64,000 nucleotides of DNA from Dipteris shenzhenensis (lineage: Eukaryota), in NCBI GenBank assembly GCA_047967505.1, contig CM106538.1; one strand, 5' to 3'. The translations under genes were made by a program, and so were the position numbers. Below, one piece after another: positions 61,900 to 64,000 of the stretch. The notes beneath the pieces are model-generated. The model was not told the origin of the DNA. It worked only from the letters and a program-made list of their open reading frames with translations, and did no database searches. The stretch's first letter is position 1, and each line of letters begins with the position of its first letter.

Positions 61900-62400
61900 C
61901 TTTGGAGTGATGGTAGAACGATCCTCTTAAGTTGTACAACAAACTTGTTGTGATAAGAACATACTAGGTCAATCCATGACATCAATTTCCAATAGTCATT
62001 GTCATTATTGTGGTTGAAGGCCAACAACTTATCATACACATTCCAATGACATGTTTTATAGTAATGATTGAATGGAATTGAGTTGCCTTTTTTATTATGT
62101 TGAATGTGAGCCTCCAAGAACAAAGTATCAATAAACATTTTCCCTCCAATGATAAAATTCTTGCTTGCTAGAACATTGTGTCGAATCCATGAGTATGATA
62201 AAGTTGACAACTTGGGCATGGGGATGATCCTTCATCCTTGACTTTAAAATTTGAATATGAATTTGATGTATGACACGTACCTCTAATGGGCGTAGGCTCG
62301 TGGTAGGATCAATTGGAGGTCTGACAATCTGGTTGATGTGCAAGAAGAATGACTAACGATCAACAAGATTCTCCTTTTCTATCTTTGCATGGATTTTATT
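61900..62400 (-). pseudogene. Decayed ORF with a ParB/sulfiredoxin-like domain, probably transposon-borne
   Basis: HINQIVRPP...LEVRVIHQIHIQILKSRMKDHPHAQVVNFII...Y*YFVLGGSHST...KLLAFNHNNDND. The pattern resembles the ParB/Srx fold (R..., Y.V.GG.H, LA..HN). Recognised by eye only. Confidence 0.45.
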
Positions 62401-64000
62401 TTGAAGTGTATTTGAAGTAACATCTCCAATATCTTCTCTTGGTAATTGAAGTTATTCAATGCTTTGGATCTCCCACGACCTCCTTTGTGCCTCCTTTCTC
62501 TTTTAGCACCTTTGATTTCTTTGAATCTAATTTCGTATGTTTTCTTGCTTGCACAATGGCTAGAGTCTCCACAACAACATCCTCATCAGGCTCTTTTGAA
62601 GGAACCATACTAGCAACTAGAAGTCATTTTTGTGGGATCGGTGTTCTCAAACCATGCCCACTTCTGGAGGTGCACTTAGTCCATGAGATAGAGAAGATGC
62701 TATGAATCCATGTGAAGCTAAGGGAGCTCTTAATCCTTGGCCACTAGAGCCTCTTTTCTCACCTTCAATGTAGGAATGCATCTTTCCCTTTGACTTAGAA
62801 GAAATGAGGTACTTTGATAGGCGATGTTGCCATAACCTCCTCAAATTTCTCCTCCAAATGTTCCTCAGAACTACTATTTGAAGATGATATGTCCACCTAT
62901 TCTATAAACTCCTCAACCTCCACAATTTGGTTGGCTAGACAACAAATGGTATCCAATCCCTCTTGGTTCTAAAAAGAAAATTACATGTGTCGATAAGAAA
63001 AAAAATTATACATGGATAGTAACTAACCTTTCCTTCCTCTTGCTACAAAAGGAGGAGTAACGACTTTAAAAGAAAACAACTTTTCATTAACAACACAAAT
63101 AAGAGCCTTCTTATTGTTTTCCATCCCAAGCATTTCAGCTTTCCCAACCTTCCTCTTGCTTTTTGCAATATCTTTTATCTTCCATTTGGAAGCACCTTTG
63201 GAAGCATCAATGACATCTCCTCTATTCTTGATCAAGTTTGATGGTCCATTTTGAATTTTTGACATTTTGTACTTCTGTTTTGTCCCATGATTTTCTAAGT
63301 TGCATCAAAACTTCATCAAAGGGATCATGGAAATCATGAATTTGTTGTTGTTGTTGAATAGTAGGATTAGATTCCTCGCCACATTTCTTCAATTCCTTGC
63401 CTCCCTTCTTCTTCTTCGATATTTTTCTAGCTTTTTGAAAGAGCAACCTCCATTGTAGGCTTCCCAAAGGAACATATCTCTCCAAAAGTTTGTACCTTTC
63501 TTCGATTTCTTGCCACCCTTTTTCTTCTTTGATTCTTTTTGGCTTTTCAAAAGAGCAACCTTTGTTGTAGGCTTCCCAAAGGAACGTTTCTCTCTAAAAG
63601 TTTTCTTGTTCAACACGGCTACAAAACAAATAATCAAATTTCAATTATTTAGCATCTAATATATGGAATATCAATTGCAAAAAGAATGACATGATAATTT
63701 CAATACTTTCAATGAATTAAGAAAGATCACTAATTTGATTGCATAAAGACTTCTACTAAAAAAACAATGAATTACAATTAAAATCAATTAGAGTTCCATA
63801 TCCACAAAATAGGACAAAGCTAATCATTGAAACAAGACTTTCGATTTTCTTTCCCAAAAAAATTTGAATACTTTTGTAAAAGCAGATGATAAGCAAAAAA
63901 GCTTGCAAAAATGCACAAATAAGACTCAAAAACATTTTTTATGATGTTTGAAAACCCATTTCCTAACTATGCATGAATAGTTTAAAACCTTGTTTTTTGG

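Overview
Eukaryotic, repeat-dense plant nuclear DNA, most likely a fern: one PLS-PPR protein carries long 'LL'-type motifs and a DYW:WW-like remnant. There are only two host genes, both PLS-class PPR (organelle RNA-editing factor) genes with intact repeat arrays and decayed DYW deaminase domains (23862-26420 +; 43135-45965 -, two exons). The rest is nested transposons: several Ty1/copia elements (one with a gag-pol frame open to the window edge), a ~10.7 kb decayed Helitron with captured fragments, L1 and RTEX-like LINEs, a non-autonomous LTR element, MITEs and microsatellites. The most striking item is a Penelope-like retroelement (PLE, Naiad/Chlamys-type RT, 38026-40169, 21-bp TSD) nested in a LINE. 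Its 3' end, and two inverted copies from a related subfamily (29319-29424, 30121-30225), contain all hammerhead ribozyme core motifs in a pseudoknotted, non-circularly permuted order, with partly compensatory base changes between copies. All calls were made by eye from motifs; no database searches or folding programs were run.
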